DNA of 64,000 nt from an uncultured Methanosarcinaceae archaeon (GCA_963733675.1 CAVTET010000004.1:176072-240071), one strand, 5' to 3'. Positions 43,483 through 54,075 are shown, numbered from the stretch's first letter. Numbers and translations: made by a program. The notes: a model not told the origin generated them from the sequence alone.

Positions 43483-44073
43483 ATTAATTGGGTTACATAT
43501 TAAAAATCAATCTGTTCCAAATTTAGATTGAAAAGAAATTTTAACAGTTGTAAACCACCTTCAAATCAACTTATAGGCTCAAAAAACATTTTTAAATTAT
43601 TCAGGAGAAGTGAAAAAACACAAAAGATATAATATAGAACTATAGAATTGCGAAAAACAATTTATTTCTTGATTTACTTCAAAAATCCAGAATCTAGTTT
43701 TAATCATTGAACCTGTACTCTTTTATTCGAGGCAATAGTAAAAGTAAAAAATGACTATTTAAAAACAGCGATCAAAAGAACAAAAGTGGATATTAACCAT
43801 AATTATATCTAGCGCAAGGGTAATAAAATAACTAATTACAGAAGTTAAGGCTTAAATAAAGACCGGGAATGGGGATGAAGCCTGTTTATTCAGTAATGAG
43901 AATAAAATTTTAAAGGCTTTTTGCTGATTTTAAACCCCAAACATATTTCTTGCTATAATAAATCTTGCTACAATAAAATTTCCGTAAAAAAATAACTCGA
44001 ATACTAAAAACTAATCTAGAACAGTTAAACGGCATAATTTAACCATATTTTGAAAGAAAACAGTAGAGGTAAC

Positions 44074-44334
44074 ATGTGTATAGCTATTCCTGGAAAAATT
44101 ACGCATATAGTAAATGAAAACACTGCCATTGTCAACATGGGTGGAATCTGTAGAAACGTAAATATGGATCTAATGGGAGGTGCAAGCGAAGCCATGCTCG
44201 GGAAACATGTCCTCGTCCATGTGGGATACGCAATATCTGAAATATCGGAAGAAGAAAGTGAAGAAACGATGCACCTTCTCAAGCAGATCGCAGGTCTTGA
44301 AGATATAGATACCTTTGAAAATGAATCTCAATGA
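44074..44334 (+). CDS. hypC: hydrogenase assembly chaperone HypC
   Basis: The obligate N-terminal MCIAIPGKI fixes the start at ATG 44074, which follows GAGGT. The tracked ORF starts 24 nt earlier at a TTG. Confidence 0.9.
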   Translation: MCIAIPGKITHIVNENTAIVNMGGICRNVNMDLMGGASEAMLGKHVLVHVGYAISEISEEESEETMHLLKQIAGLEDIDTFENESQ

Positions 44335-45472
44335 AGAAGGGATACTGATTAAAATGGAAAACGGAAATTCTCCTTCAATATCAGCTATTACTAAACTTGA
44401 AAAAAAACTCCTGGAAAGAATTGGGAATTCAAAGATATCGCTTCGCATAATGCATGTATGTGGAACGCACGAGAGGACTATTGCAAAAAATGGGCTTAGA
44501 AGCGTGCTTCCAAAAAGTATTGAAGTTATTAGCGGCCCTGGATGCCCGGTCTGTGTCACTCCGGGAGAAGACATAGATATTGCAATCGCCCTTGCGAGAA
44601 GCGGAATGACTGTTGTCACCTTCGGAGATATGATGAGAGTCCCGGGTTCTTCAGAAAGTTTGCTGGATTCAAAATCTGAAGGGACAGATGTAAGGATGGT
44701 CTATAGCATTGACGATGCTGTTGCCCTTGCAGAAAAAAAGCCAGAACTCGAAATAGTCTTTTTGGGGATAGGCTTCGAAACCACAGTTCCTGCAAATGCT
44801 GCTTCCCTTTTGAGAAATACCCCCGATAACTTTAGCCTCCTCACCTCTCAGAAGAGGACGCCTCCCGCAATAGAGCTCCTGGCCAATGGTACAGAAGTTG
44901 ATGCCTTTATTGCTCCAGGGCATGTAGCGACAATTATAGGCACAAAACCCTTTGAACCTCTTGCAAAGAAGGGTTTTCCTGTTGTTATTAGCGGTTTTGA
45001 GGTCAGAGATATTCTCCTTGGGATAAACATGTTACAAATACAGGTAGAGGAAGGATTCTCAAGGGTGGACAACGGCTACTCAAGAGTTGTAAAACAGGAC
45101 GGAAACCTGGTAGCTTTAGAAATGATGGGCAAAGTATTCGAAACTTCGGATTCTGAATGGAGAGGTATCGGGAGAATAGAGAATTCAGGGCTGGTACTCA
45201 GGAAAAAGTTTGAAGAAAAAGATGCAGCAAAGAAGTACATAGATATCTATGCCTCTTTAGTTAAGGATATTCGAAAAAAAGCAGAAATAAAAGGCAAAAA
45301 GTGTTGTATTTGCGCAGCTATCCTCACAGGGAAAGCAAAACCTCCCCAATGTCCTAACTTCGGACAAACATGCACTCCACGCAGCCCCGCTGGGCCATGT
45401 ATGATCAGCCAAGAGGGAATGTGTTATAACTGGTTAAAATATTTGAGGGTAGGGGGTAGTGAACTTGCATGA
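44315..45472 (+). CDS. hypD: hydrogenase maturation protein HypD
   Basis: Motifs MHVCGTHE, GPGCPVCVTP and FETT, and a C-terminal Cys cluster. The start is uncertain: 44315, or Met at 44354. Confidence 0.9.
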   Translation: MKMNLNEEGILIKMENGNSPSISAITKLEKKLLERIGNSKISLRIMHVCGTHERTIAKNGLRSVLPKSIEVISGPGCPVCVTPGEDIDIAIALARSGMTVVTFGDMMRVPGSSESLLDSKSEGTDVRMVYSIDDAVALAEKKPELEIVFLGIGFETTVPANAASLLRNTPDNFSLLTSQKRTPPAIELLANGTEVDAFIAPGHVATIIGTKPFEPLAKKGFPVVISGFEVRDILLGINMLQIQVEEGFSRVDNGYSRVVKQDGNLVALEMMGKVFETSDSEWRGIGRIENSGLVLRKKFEEKDAAKKYIDIYASLVKDIRKKAEIKGKKCCICAAILTGKAKPPQCPNFGQTCTPRSPAGPCMISQEGMCYNWLKYLRVGGSELA

Positions 45473-45881
45473 ACTTTCAATTGCTTGTGAGATCTTTGAA
45501 CAAGTAATTAATTCAGCTACATCTCACAGAGCAACGAAAGTTAAGCAAGTGACTCTCCAGATTGGAAGGTTAACACACAATAATCCTGAACAACTGAGTT
45601 TCTGCTTCAAAGCCATTGCAGAGGGAAGCATTGCAGAAGATGCAGATTTCAGTGTAGAAATGATACCACCTTCGCTTGAATGTGAGTGTGGATATGAGGG
45701 AACTGTGAGCAAATCACAGATCCGAGAAAGCAGCGAACTCAAAAGCGAGCTTCTTGCTTATACAGCAGCTATGGAATGTCCAATTTGTGGAAAACTGGCC
45801 CATATTATAGGCGGAAGAGAATTGATAATTAAAAGCATTGAGATCGAAACAAAAGACGAAGATTTAGCTGAAGACAGGTAA
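45465..45881 (+). CDS. hypA: hydrogenase nickel-insertion protein HypA
   Basis: Zinc site CECG...CPICG. Starting at TTG 45465 gives the conserved N-terminal M-H-E-L-S; the tracked GTG at 45459 would add two residues. Confidence 0.85.
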   Translation: MHELSIACEIFEQVINSATSHRATKVKQVTLQIGRLTHNNPEQLSFCFKAIAEGSIAEDADFSVEMIPPSLECECGYEGTVSKSQIRESSELKSELLAYTAAMECPICGKLAHIIGGRELIIKSIEIETKDEDLAEDR

Positions 45882-45905
45882 AAATAAGCCTTGAAGTGAT
45901 ATATT

Positions 45906-46574
45906 ATGTTAATGCATGTAATCCATATGGAATACGACGTTTTCAAAGCAAACGATAAAATTGCTGGAAAAAATAGACAAAATCTTGACAAACATCATAT
46001 CTTTTCAGTCAATGTCATGGGAGCAATAGGATCTGGAAAAACAACTCTAATTGAGGAGGCAATTAAACATCTTAAAGGGAAGTATAAAATAGCTGTAATT
46101 GCAGGAGATGTAATCGCGGAAATGGACGCTTCCCGTTTTAGGGAACTCGGGGTACCGACAATTCCTGTAAATACTGGGAAAGAGTGCCATCTGGATGCAA
46201 AGCTATTGGAAAAGGCCCTTAATGAAATAGACCTTGAAAACACTGATATCCTTTTAATTGAAAACGTAGGCAATTTAATCTGCCCTGTGGACTTCAAACT
46301 AGGAGAGCACCTCAGGATAGTAATCGTAAGTGTAACAGAGGGAGATGATATCATCCTCAAGCATCCGATGATCTTTAAGACTGCAGACCTTGCAATCATA
46401 AATAAAGTTGATATTGCATATGCAGTTGACTGTAATACAAAGAAAATGCAAGAGGATATTCTTTCCTTAAATCCTGATGTTCCTGTTATCCTGACTTCGA
46501 AACACGACTTTAAAAGTCTGGAAACCTGGATTAGCTTTATCGAGCTTAGCTTCAAGAAAAATGCGGAGAAATAA
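45906..46574 (+). CDS. hypB: hydrogenase nickel-incorporation GTPase HypB
   Basis: P-loop GAIGSGKTT, ENVGNLICP and NKVD motifs. Confidence 0.9.
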   Translation: MLMHVIHMEYDVFKANDKIAGKNRQNLDKHHIFSVNVMGAIGSGKTTLIEEAIKHLKGKYKIAVIAGDVIAEMDASRFRELGVPTIPVNTGKECHLDAKLLEKALNEIDLENTDILLIENVGNLICPVDFKLGEHLRIVIVSVTEGDDIILKHPMIFKTADLAIINKVDIAYAVDCNTKKMQEDILSLNPDVPVILTSKHDFKSLETWISFIELSFKKNAEK

Positions 46575-46615
46575 GATATATTAGGAGAGCAAAAAGCGGG
46601 AAAAAGGAGACGTAT

Positions 46616-47662
46616 ATGAAACCCGATACCATTTCTCTTGAGCATGGTGCAGGCGGAGAGATCATGCAGGCACTGATAAAAGATATAATCCTTAAAAACT
46701 TCCACAACAAAAGTGCAGGTTCTGTTGGGCTCGAAAACCTTGATGATGGGTCCACTGTCAGGCTTGAGAATTTCAATCCCGCATCCGAACTCGTCCTGAC
46801 TACTGACAGTTATGTGATAACACCTTCCTTTTTCCCAGATACTAATATAGGGAGACTTGCAGTTGCAGGCACAATCAATGACCTCACTGTTATGGGAGCA
46901 AAACCACTTGCTCTTACCTGTGCTGTCGTAGTTCCTGAAGGCTTTTCACTCCAGAAATTTGAAGAGATAATCAAAACAATGGATGAAACTGCTTCAGAAG
47001 TTGGCGTGCCTATAATAACTGGAGATACAAAGACGGTCGAGAAAACAGCACTTGATTCTATTATCTTGAACACTGCAGGTCTGGGTATTACTGATAGCCC
47101 TGTAAGAGATTCGGGGCTCAGCCCAGGAGACAGAGTCCTAGTCACAGGCACTGTTGGAGACCATGGGATTTCTCTTATAGTCCACAGGGGAGGTTTTGAC
47201 TTCGATACCGACCTGGTCTCAGATTCGGCTCCCTTATGGGATCTTATAAAGCCTATTTTGAAGCTTAGAACACTAGAAGGAGAGCCTGTTGTCACGGCAA
47301 TGAAAGATCCAACGCGTGGCGGGCTTGCAAACTCCTTGAACGAAATGGCAACAAAATCCAGAACAGGTATCCTTATTGAAGAAGACTGGATCCCATTCAA
47401 GCCTGCAGTTTCCGCGGCCTGCGAGATGCTGGGTCTGGATCCTCTCGAAGTTGCAAATGAAGGAAAAGCAATAATTGGGATAAAGTCCGGCTTCGAAGAA
47501 GAGGTTCTCTCAATTCTTAGGCGGCACCCTTACGGCAGAAATGCCGCTATTATAGGGGAAGTTACTGCAGAAAACAAAGGAGAAGTAATCCTGAAGAACC
47601 GTTTCGGTGGCATGCGCTATGTAGATATGCCTTCCGGAGATCCGATTCCACGCGTATGTTAA
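46616..47662 (+). CDS. hypE: hydrogenase maturation carbamoyl dehydratase HypE
   Basis: AIR-synthase-like fold (HGAGG, INDLTVMGAKP) and the diagnostic C-terminal PRVC. Confidence 0.92.
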   Translation: MKPDTISLEHGAGGEIMQALIKDIILKNFHNKSAGSVGLENLDDGSTVRLENFNPASELVLTTDSYVITPSFFPDTNIGRLAVAGTINDLTVMGAKPLALTCAVVVPEGFSLQKFEEIIKTMDETASEVGVPIITGDTKTVEKTALDSIILNTAGLGITDSPVRDSGLSPGDRVLVTGTVGDHGISLIVHRGGFDFDTDLVSDSAPLWDLIKPILKLRTLEGEPVVTAMKDPTRGGLANSLNEMATKSRTGILIEEDWIPFKPAVSAACEMLGLDPLEVANEGKAIIGIKSGFEEEVLSILRRHPYGRNAAIIGEVTAENKGEVILKNRFGGMRYVDMPSGDPIPRVC

Positions 47663-47992
47663 CCGAGTTGTACCTATATAATTGGGATTCAGCATCTTAC
47701 GGTTCGTTTTGCTAATTCAAGTGAACTTATTTATTTATCTATTTTTATTTATTTTTGTGACCTATCAACTTTAAGTTCTCAACTAATTTTTGAAAGGAGG
47801 GGATTTATCAGTGTATCATAACTATACCTAAAAATGTGGTTTTTAATTTTTCAAATATGTGTAATTGTAATTTATACAAAACTGATAAACACAACTTAAT
47901 AGTTAGCAATTACAGAAAATGAGCTTCAGTAAACTCACTCACTAATTTATAATAGATGAGTGATTATTTGTTTTACCGGGTTGGATAACTAC

Positions 47993-48105
47993 ATCGGATT
48001 TCAATAAACTCCTAAATTTTGTCATATAATTAGAGGTTATATACAAAATGACCCGTGAAAATAAGAGATTTATTGAAATCTGATGTTTATCGAAATATTA
48101 TAGAG
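47993..48105 (-). repeat. M1 repeat, copy 13, plus an extra terminal fragment
   Basis: ATCGGATTTCAATAAACTCC...CGTGAAAATAAGAGATTTATTGAAATCTGAT, followed by GTTTATCGAAATATTATAGAG. Confidence 0.75.
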
Positions 48106-48180
48106 AATCCGGCTAAAGAAGATATACAATCTTATGCTCAAAAGCATTAATTCTTCTGAATTTCGCACGAATATGATTAA

Positions 48181-49052
48181 GAGCCTATCCGAAAAATAAT
48201 CTACTTTCAATTTAAGATCATGTGTGGTAATGACAAAACGGAAAATTGTTCAGAACTACGAACTTTCTGAAGATTATTGGACAAAAATAGAACCTTTACT
48301 ACCTGTACCTCAGCCAAAAAAGAAGTCTTGAAGACCTAGAAAGGGTGATAGGAAAATAATGAGTGGCATTTTCTATCTCCTTTTTACTGTTTGCCAATGG
48401 AAAGCATTGCCCCGATTTTATGGAGCTTCAAGCACTGTACATGATCGATTTCAGGAATGGCAACTATCAGGCTTATTTGAGAGCATGTGGCTGGCTGGTC
48501 TTGTTGAGTATGATTTCGAAAAAGGATTAGAATGGGAATGATAATCAATTGATGGTGCTATGACAAAAGCACCATTAGGTGGAGCTGGAACAGGAGCCAA
48601 TCCTACTGATCGTGGCAAAAAAGGTACAAAAAGGATTGTTTTAACTGATGGTAAAGGCATATCACTTTCTGTTGTCTTTGATGGAGCCAATCGTCACGAT
48701 AAAAAGCTTGTAAAAAGGACTTTAGACGCCATATTCTTTGAAAGACCTTCTCCAGAAGACATAATTCAGAATATATGCATGGATAAGGGTTATGATTTCA
48801 CCGATATCAGAAAATTGGTTGAAGAATATGGTTATACTGCGCATATCAAAAGTTGTGGAGAAGAAAACATAAGAAGAGGCATACCTGGTTTTAGGGCAAG
48901 AAGATGGGTTGTAGAAAGGACACATTCTTAGCTGAATAGATTCAAAAGACTCCTTATAAGATGGGAAAAGAAAATTGAAAATTACCTTGCTATCCTACAT
49001 TTAGCGTGCGCATTGATAACATTCAGATCAGCAGGACTTTTCAGATAGCCTC
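48181..49052 (+). mobile_element. IS5-family insertion sequence (small IS427/IS1031-like size class), inactivated
   Basis: Imperfect terminal inverted repeats GAGCCTATCCGAAAA (48181-48195) and TTTTCAGATAGCCTC (49038-49052). TAA is present on both flanks (48178-80 and 49053-55). About 872 bp. Confidence 0.8.
48230..49048 (+). pseudogene. IS5-family DDE transposase; single reading frame broken by four in-frame stops
   Basis: One frame runs from ATG 48230 to TAG 49046-48 and contains DGKG, MDKGYD and RWVVERTHS-LNRF motifs. It is interrupted by TGA 48329, TGA-TAA 48539-44 and TAG 48929. I saw no frameshift. Confidence 0.8.
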
Positions 49053-49474
49053 TAATTAAGAAGGAGTTAGAAGATGCTTCCCAGAAAAAAGAAAACAAGG
49101 CAATCTCACGAATTTGCCATAAATTCATAGTTAAATTTTCACATACTATATGTTTTTAGGATTTTCAACATGTTATTTCCGTTCTCATAACTATTTAAGC
49201 GTTGAAATTTTACATGAAAATAAGAATACCGACAAAAAAAGTAATCCATGTAAATGTTTAGTTTTTAATTACGTAAATTTTGAGTCCTAAGTTATTAGTA
49301 TTGTGAAGACGGAAGAATCCTATATACAGAACAAAAAATGATTTATAGATAAAAGATAAAAGGGACTAAAATCGAGGGAACCGAAAAAGCAAATAAAATG
49401 AGCATAAGTGATAAAAAGATAATGAGAGTATTGAAGAAAATATGATAAGCCATAAAAACCAATAACGAAAATAT

Positions 49475-49978
49475 ATGACAAATATTCTCATCCGGAAAGC
49501 CAAAAAATCAGATACCCAGACGATTGAGAAGCTTTTATCCACTTACTTTCTTGACATGGAAGATCTTGAGCCAGAAGATTTCTTGCTGTATGAGATAGAT
49601 GGAAAAATTACAGGATGTATTTCCCTTATAAAAACTAAACTTCGTGGGGAAAATATTATGGAGATTCATTCCATTGCAGTCCATCCGAACTTTCGGGGAA
49701 AGGGCATCGGAACAAAGTTGGTGAAACGTCTTCTGAAAAATATAGAGAATAATTCATTCGATTTTTATGCGAGGACAACTGTTCCTAGATTTTTTGAAAA
49801 ACTTGATTTTGTGAAAATAGAAAATTCTGAAAAAATTTTTCTCTGGGAAGATTGCAAAAGTTGTGACCATTTTGAGAAATGCACTCAGTATGCGATGAAA
49901 TATTCTCCCAATCCGGTAAAATTCTACTCATCACGAGTTATACAAAAAAGTAATGTTGATGTCAAAAGCGATGAATAA
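49475..49978 (+). CDS. GNAT-family N-acetyltransferase
   Basis: Acetyl-CoA motif VHPNFRGKGIGTKLV. It has a short Cys-containing C-terminal tail (CKSCDHFEKC). Confidence 0.8.
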   Translation: MTNILIRKAKKSDTQTIEKLLSTYFLDMEDLEPEDFLLYEIDGKITGCISLIKTKLRGENIMEIHSIAVHPNFRGKGIGTKLVKRLLKNIENNSFDFYARTTVPRFFEKLDFVKIENSEKIFLWEDCKSCDHFEKCTQYAMKYSPNPVKFYSSRVIQKSNVDVKSDE

Positions 49979-50046
49979 TTTCCCATATTTAACGGATCAA
50001 ATTTACAAGCTCTAAATATTTAGGAAAAATTCGTGGACTGTGAATA

Positions 50047-50223
50047 ATGCTGAAAGAGAATGAAATTTTTTTGATAAAGGTTTTGAGTTCACAAAACTTG
50101 AGTATCATCGAAATCTTCAAGCAAACAGATTTTGAAGGAAAAATGTCAGAAATACATCCAGCTGGAAAGTTTCCCAAAATCACAGAAACTCTCCGAAAGA
50201 GAAAAACAAGCTTTATCTTTTAA
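50047..50223 (+). CDS. possible small (58-aa) helix-turn-helix-like protein
   Basis: Below the ORF-track cutoff. ATG 50047 to TAA 50221-23 gives MLKENEIFLIKVLSSQNLSIIEIFKQTDFEGKMSEIHPAGKFPKITETLRKRKTSFIF. It looks more protein-like than the overlapping antisense 64-aa ORF. Confidence 0.25.
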   Translation: MLKENEIFLIKVLSSQNLSIIEIFKQTDFEGKMSEIHPAGKFPKITETLRKRKTSFIF

Positions 50224-50239
50224 AATTCGTTCCCCAGAT

Positions 50240-50400
50240 ATGCATATAAGAATGCCATATATTTTCAATATGACAGTAGCTTATTTGATCTAACTTTTAA
50301 TGAATAAGAGTGGCCAAATGGACAAACAAGTTATATATCTGCGTACATTAGCACACATCTTTGGATCTCTGTGCACATTTGTGGATATCTGCGAAATGTA
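50240..50400 (+). repeat. R2 repeat family, copy c
   Basis: AAGAATGCCATATATTTTCAATATGACAGTAGC...GGCCAAATGGACAAACAAGTTATATATCTGCGTACAT...CTGTGCACATTTGTGGATATCTGCGAAATG. The second half also resembles 21040-21085. Confidence 0.65.
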
Positions 50401-51408
50401 GAATTGAAGGTATTTAAAAACTGTTCTACAAGAAGTAGTTGTCCCTATGGAGTAATCACTGGAAAAAAAATATCTATACAGACCAGATAAAAGTTTAGAT
50501 ATACAAAGGCTACGGAGTCTATAAAAAATTTTACCCTCATGGCATTATAAAAGGTAGCTCTTGTTCGTAATCAGTCCGTTTTGGAGAGTCTTAAAAGTCT
50601 TACAGCTTTAGTAATCCAGGTAAATACATGTGTTTTTTGTCTTAAAACCTATACATTAGTTAAACCAATGAATTCTTTTTTATCGCGAAAAGAAAGGATA
50701 AAGAATCAATCAAATTTTACAGAACTTTCGATGTACTGACGAACATCTAAATTTATATGCTTCTTAAACTTTAATTAGATATGATCTGCTATTAGAAATA
50801 GCATCCCTCCTTCGAAGGATATGCTACTATATTGTAGAACACTCCCCATCACAGCATCTCTTACAAACTCTTAGATGAAGCAAAATTTGTGATATGAGCA
50901 CATCGCATTAGATTCATATTCAAACTGGCCAGCATACTTAAATGTTTAGTCGATTAATTCTGGACAACTCTGTACCTTTTGTTTTCACAACAAAAAACAG
51001 AATTCATCGTTTTTACTGATGTATATATTTTGTGTCAAAACTTATGTATTTGTGAATCACTATAGCTGCAAGACTTATAAAGCACTCTAAGGTCAACTTA
51101 TAAGGAATAAAAGTTATGTTTTATGGATAAAATTAGCTATTTTCCAGTTTAAACAGTGTGTCTAATATTTCTATACAAAATTTCATGATATTAGTAACTT
51201 TACAGAAAAATCGACACATTAACGCAATAATTTTAAGTCTTGAAGCACAAAGGACAAAAATTTATTCCTGCTCCATCAGCAATAATAATAATCCATTTTA
51301 CATGCATTTATCCTCTTTCTGAAGAAAAATTGTGTATTCACTTACCAAGATTACCTGAGTAATTACCTTTTTTCTACCCTTTTATCTCAAGTTTCATTTT
51401 TTAACGAC

Positions 51409-52413
51409 TTATTTTTGCTTTCCTATTTCGATTTGTTTGAAAATTTCCTTTACAAAATTTTCTTTAGAATACAGATAAAAAGAAGCCGGAAGCCCGGTAT
51501 TTGAGATCATATAGAGTAAGTTCATAGCTGTCCTGTTAAGTATCGGGTAGCAGTTTAAAAGAGAGCTCCTTGATATCCTCACCATTGCATCCAGAGATTT
51601 TATCCCTGTAAGGTAACTTTTTATACCCATACTTCTCTGACTTTTTTCAAAAATCAGATCTATCCATGTATTCATCTCATCGATCAGAAGTTCCCTCGTA
51701 AGGTCTTCGGTAACTATGTAACTTTTCCCATTTTTGATATTTTTGAAGAACTCTCCAAAATTATCACCCTTTGCAAGAGTGTAAACCTGTCCGAGCTTTC
51801 CTGAATGAGTGTCTGTTGTCGCAGCAATGCCTTTGTTGAATCTTTCAGCAAGAGAAATTGTAAGTTCATTTTTCGTCTTTAGCTCATGCATGTTATACTC
51901 AAGTACAGGAAAAAACTTTGCCAGCCTTAGTACTGCAGATGGTTTAGGTTCCTGATGAAAGTCGAACCAGAAAGGATGATTATACATAAAAGGCAATCTT
52001 CGATTCTTGAGGTATCTAACAAAACTTTTCAAATCTCGTTCTACTTCGGCGATTTCTCGAAGCTCGAAGAAATCCTCCCTATCAAGCTCAAAAACGTTGA
52101 CATGCAGCTCGTGTCCTGCAAATTTCGGGTCAGCAACACTCATTTCAACTCCTGAAACAAGCTTTTCCCGATCCCATCCAAGAATCTCGTATGCCCCTAT
52201 GGTATCGTGGTCTGTAAATATAATGTAATCCATTCCCATCCCAAGGGCCTTCTCATAAAGACTCTCTGGATGCAGATTCTTTGCAGGAAGCACATCAAAG
52301 GAGCAGGTAGTATGCACGTGCAGGTCTGCTCGCCTCCAGCCCTCTTCTATAAGTTCCTCTGCACGGTCCGAAGTTATTAGCTTCTCTTCGTAATTTCTAT
52401 TTCTTCTCCCCAT
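51409..52413 (-). CDS. PHP-domain metal-dependent phosphoesterase
   Basis: The N-terminal DLHVHTTCSFD and later FTDHDT motifs are typical of the PHP family. Confidence 0.8.
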   Translation of the reverse strand: MGRRNRNYEEKLITSDRAEELIEEGWRRADLHVHTTCSFDVLPAKNLHPESLYEKALGMGMDYIIFTDHDTIGAYEILGWDREKLVSGVEMSVADPKFAGHELHVNVFELDREDFFELREIAEVERDLKSFVRYLKNRRLPFMYNHPFWFDFHQEPKPSAVLRLAKFFPVLEYNMHELKTKNELTISLAERFNKGIAATTDTHSGKLGQVYTLAKGDNFGEFFKNIKNGKSYIVTEDLTRELLIDEMNTWIDLIFEKSQRSMGIKSYLTGIKSLDAMVRISRSSLLNCYPILNRTAMNLLYMISNTGLPASFYLYSKENFVKEIFKQIEIGKQK

Positions 52414-52899
52414 AGGTGTTAATCCATCGATTTCAATTTTTTTGGATTATTTAAAATAGGTTTAAATTTTTTCCCAGTATAATATATCCTTTTTTAGATT
52501 AAGGTTTTTACGGAAAACTTTTAGGAGTATTTAAAAGTTATCCAACTCCTATAGCGATTTTTTAAGCTTTTTTCTTGTTTTAGAATCATATACACGTTTT
52601 TCCTGGCCCATTATACCATATTTATAAATATTCAGAAATTGCATCGTTTTTTTATAAAAAAGTTATAAAATATTGATCAATTTAGAAGCTGAGGAATATC
52701 ATCTACATAACTTTTGAAGACGAGTCAGAACAAAAAAGAGACTAATGTTGAAGGTATATAATGGAGCTTTTTGATTAAAAGCAATGTTTATCCGAGCCTT
52801 GACAAGTGGGTAAAAATAAGTATTTTCTTATGTGAGATTCTGTCAAATGCATACAAAAATAAAACGGAGAACATCTCCCATAATTTCTGAAAAAATATA

Positions 52900-53300
52900 T
52901 TTTTTCCTATCATATCTATTCTTGCTGTTCAATCTTTTCATGAAGAAATTAATTTTTGTGAAACTTTAGCAAGTATAAAGAAAAGTTTTGTGTCTCAATA
53001 ACTTATTGATAATTTTGTTGAACCATAAGCTCACAGGTAATTTTAGCATCGAAGAAGTTGGAAAATCTTTGAATTAATAAAAAATGATCTACACCTAAAT
53101 CTTGAAATATTCAATGAAAGAGTTCTTTACAAAATTCTTGAAATTTTAGGAAATAACAACGGGAGAATTCTCTCTGATATTCTGAGCAGTCTATTTTCTT
53201 TTTATGATATAAAAAAGCTGATCTAAACTTGTACTAGACGAGTATACTCTTTACTATACTATATACCAATTAGAAAAATAATGATATAGTATCACACAGT
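52900..53300 (+). pseudogene. second, more decayed copy of the 5' part of the same transposase relic
   Basis: 52945-53230 aligns by eye with 20270-20570 (AATTTTTGTGA-A-TTTAGCAAG-ATAA...AAATTCTTGAAAT). Confidence 0.5.
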
Positions 53301-53589
53301 ATAACTAATTTTAATAAACGTCTCTAAATTTCAGTATTAAAGAGTTTAAGTCTCTTAGCATTAATTTTAATTCATCCAAAATTTCACTAATTTTGCTCTT
53401 AAAAAACAGTAGGAACTTCTTCAATTAATAATGGACAAATTTGATGAAATTGATCCCTTAATCGATTGAAAATATTTTCGGATCATTTTTTAATCCATTA
53501 TACTTAACAAAACCGTTCTTCACTAAATTATTTGTATTTTAAGCTACTTTTCCACTATAAAAGGGAACTAATTCATGCAAAATATGGTA

Positions 53590-54075
53590 TATGTAGAACA
53601 AGATCTCATATGTTTTTTGCATTAATTATCGGGGGAAAATTTTCTTAGAAAATAAATCATCAATTATTTCAAATTAGTATGCCTTAAAATTGGTACAAAA
53701 TACTGTGTTTGAGTTTGATGCAATAGATATTGATGATGATCATCTACATCTGTTCGTTTGTGCTGAACCAAAAGATTCTCCTCCAAGAGTGAAGCAAATT
53801 ATAAAAAATATGACAGCAAGAAAAATGTTTAATAATACTCTAAAATCAAAAAAAATATTTGGTAGTGAATTGTGGAGTAAAGGAGGGTATATTGGAACCT
53901 TAGGTGATGGTAAGACTTTCAATTTCATTAAAAACAATATTGAAATCAGGGAAATTAATAAGAAAAAAAATCATATAAGCGAATGAAAGTATTTGATTTT
54001 GAATAATCTCTTCATGTCCAGGACGGTGGCGTGAACATACCCAGTTGCTTGCAGCGGGGAGCACAATCGCAAATA
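53590..54075 (+). pseudogene. IS200-like element relic D (contains the 98-aa ORF 53690-53986; N-terminally decayed TnpA)
   Basis: The ORF keeps the HUH motif (DDDHLHLFV) and WSKGGYIGTLG, but the ~45 N-terminal codons upstream are interrupted. The 3' end motif TTGAATAAT...TTGCTTGCAGCGGGGAGC is present. Confidence 0.65.

Noticed and set aside
45995-46705. 236-aa ORF on the minus strand. Similar long antisense ORFs occur at 46810-47400, 56807-57460, 17796-18326, 19198-19686, 60456-60971, 26763-27257 and 44170-44619.
   Set aside because: Each lies antisense to a confidently identified gene (hypB, hypE, thermosome, porC, dus and others). Their Ser/Ile/Pro-rich shadow-frame composition fits no recognisable family.
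48929-48931. In-frame TAG in the IS5 transposase read as a genuine pyrrolysine codon.
   Set aside because: The same frame also contains TGA and TAA stops, and the TAG sits where the family consensus has Trp. A pseudogene is the simpler reading.
50790-50830. Near-palindrome AGCATCCCTCCTTCGAAGGATATGCT containing the perfect 12-mer TCCTTCGAAGGA.
   Set aside because: It is a single occurrence in a desert with no adjacent gene. That is not enough to call it a binding site.
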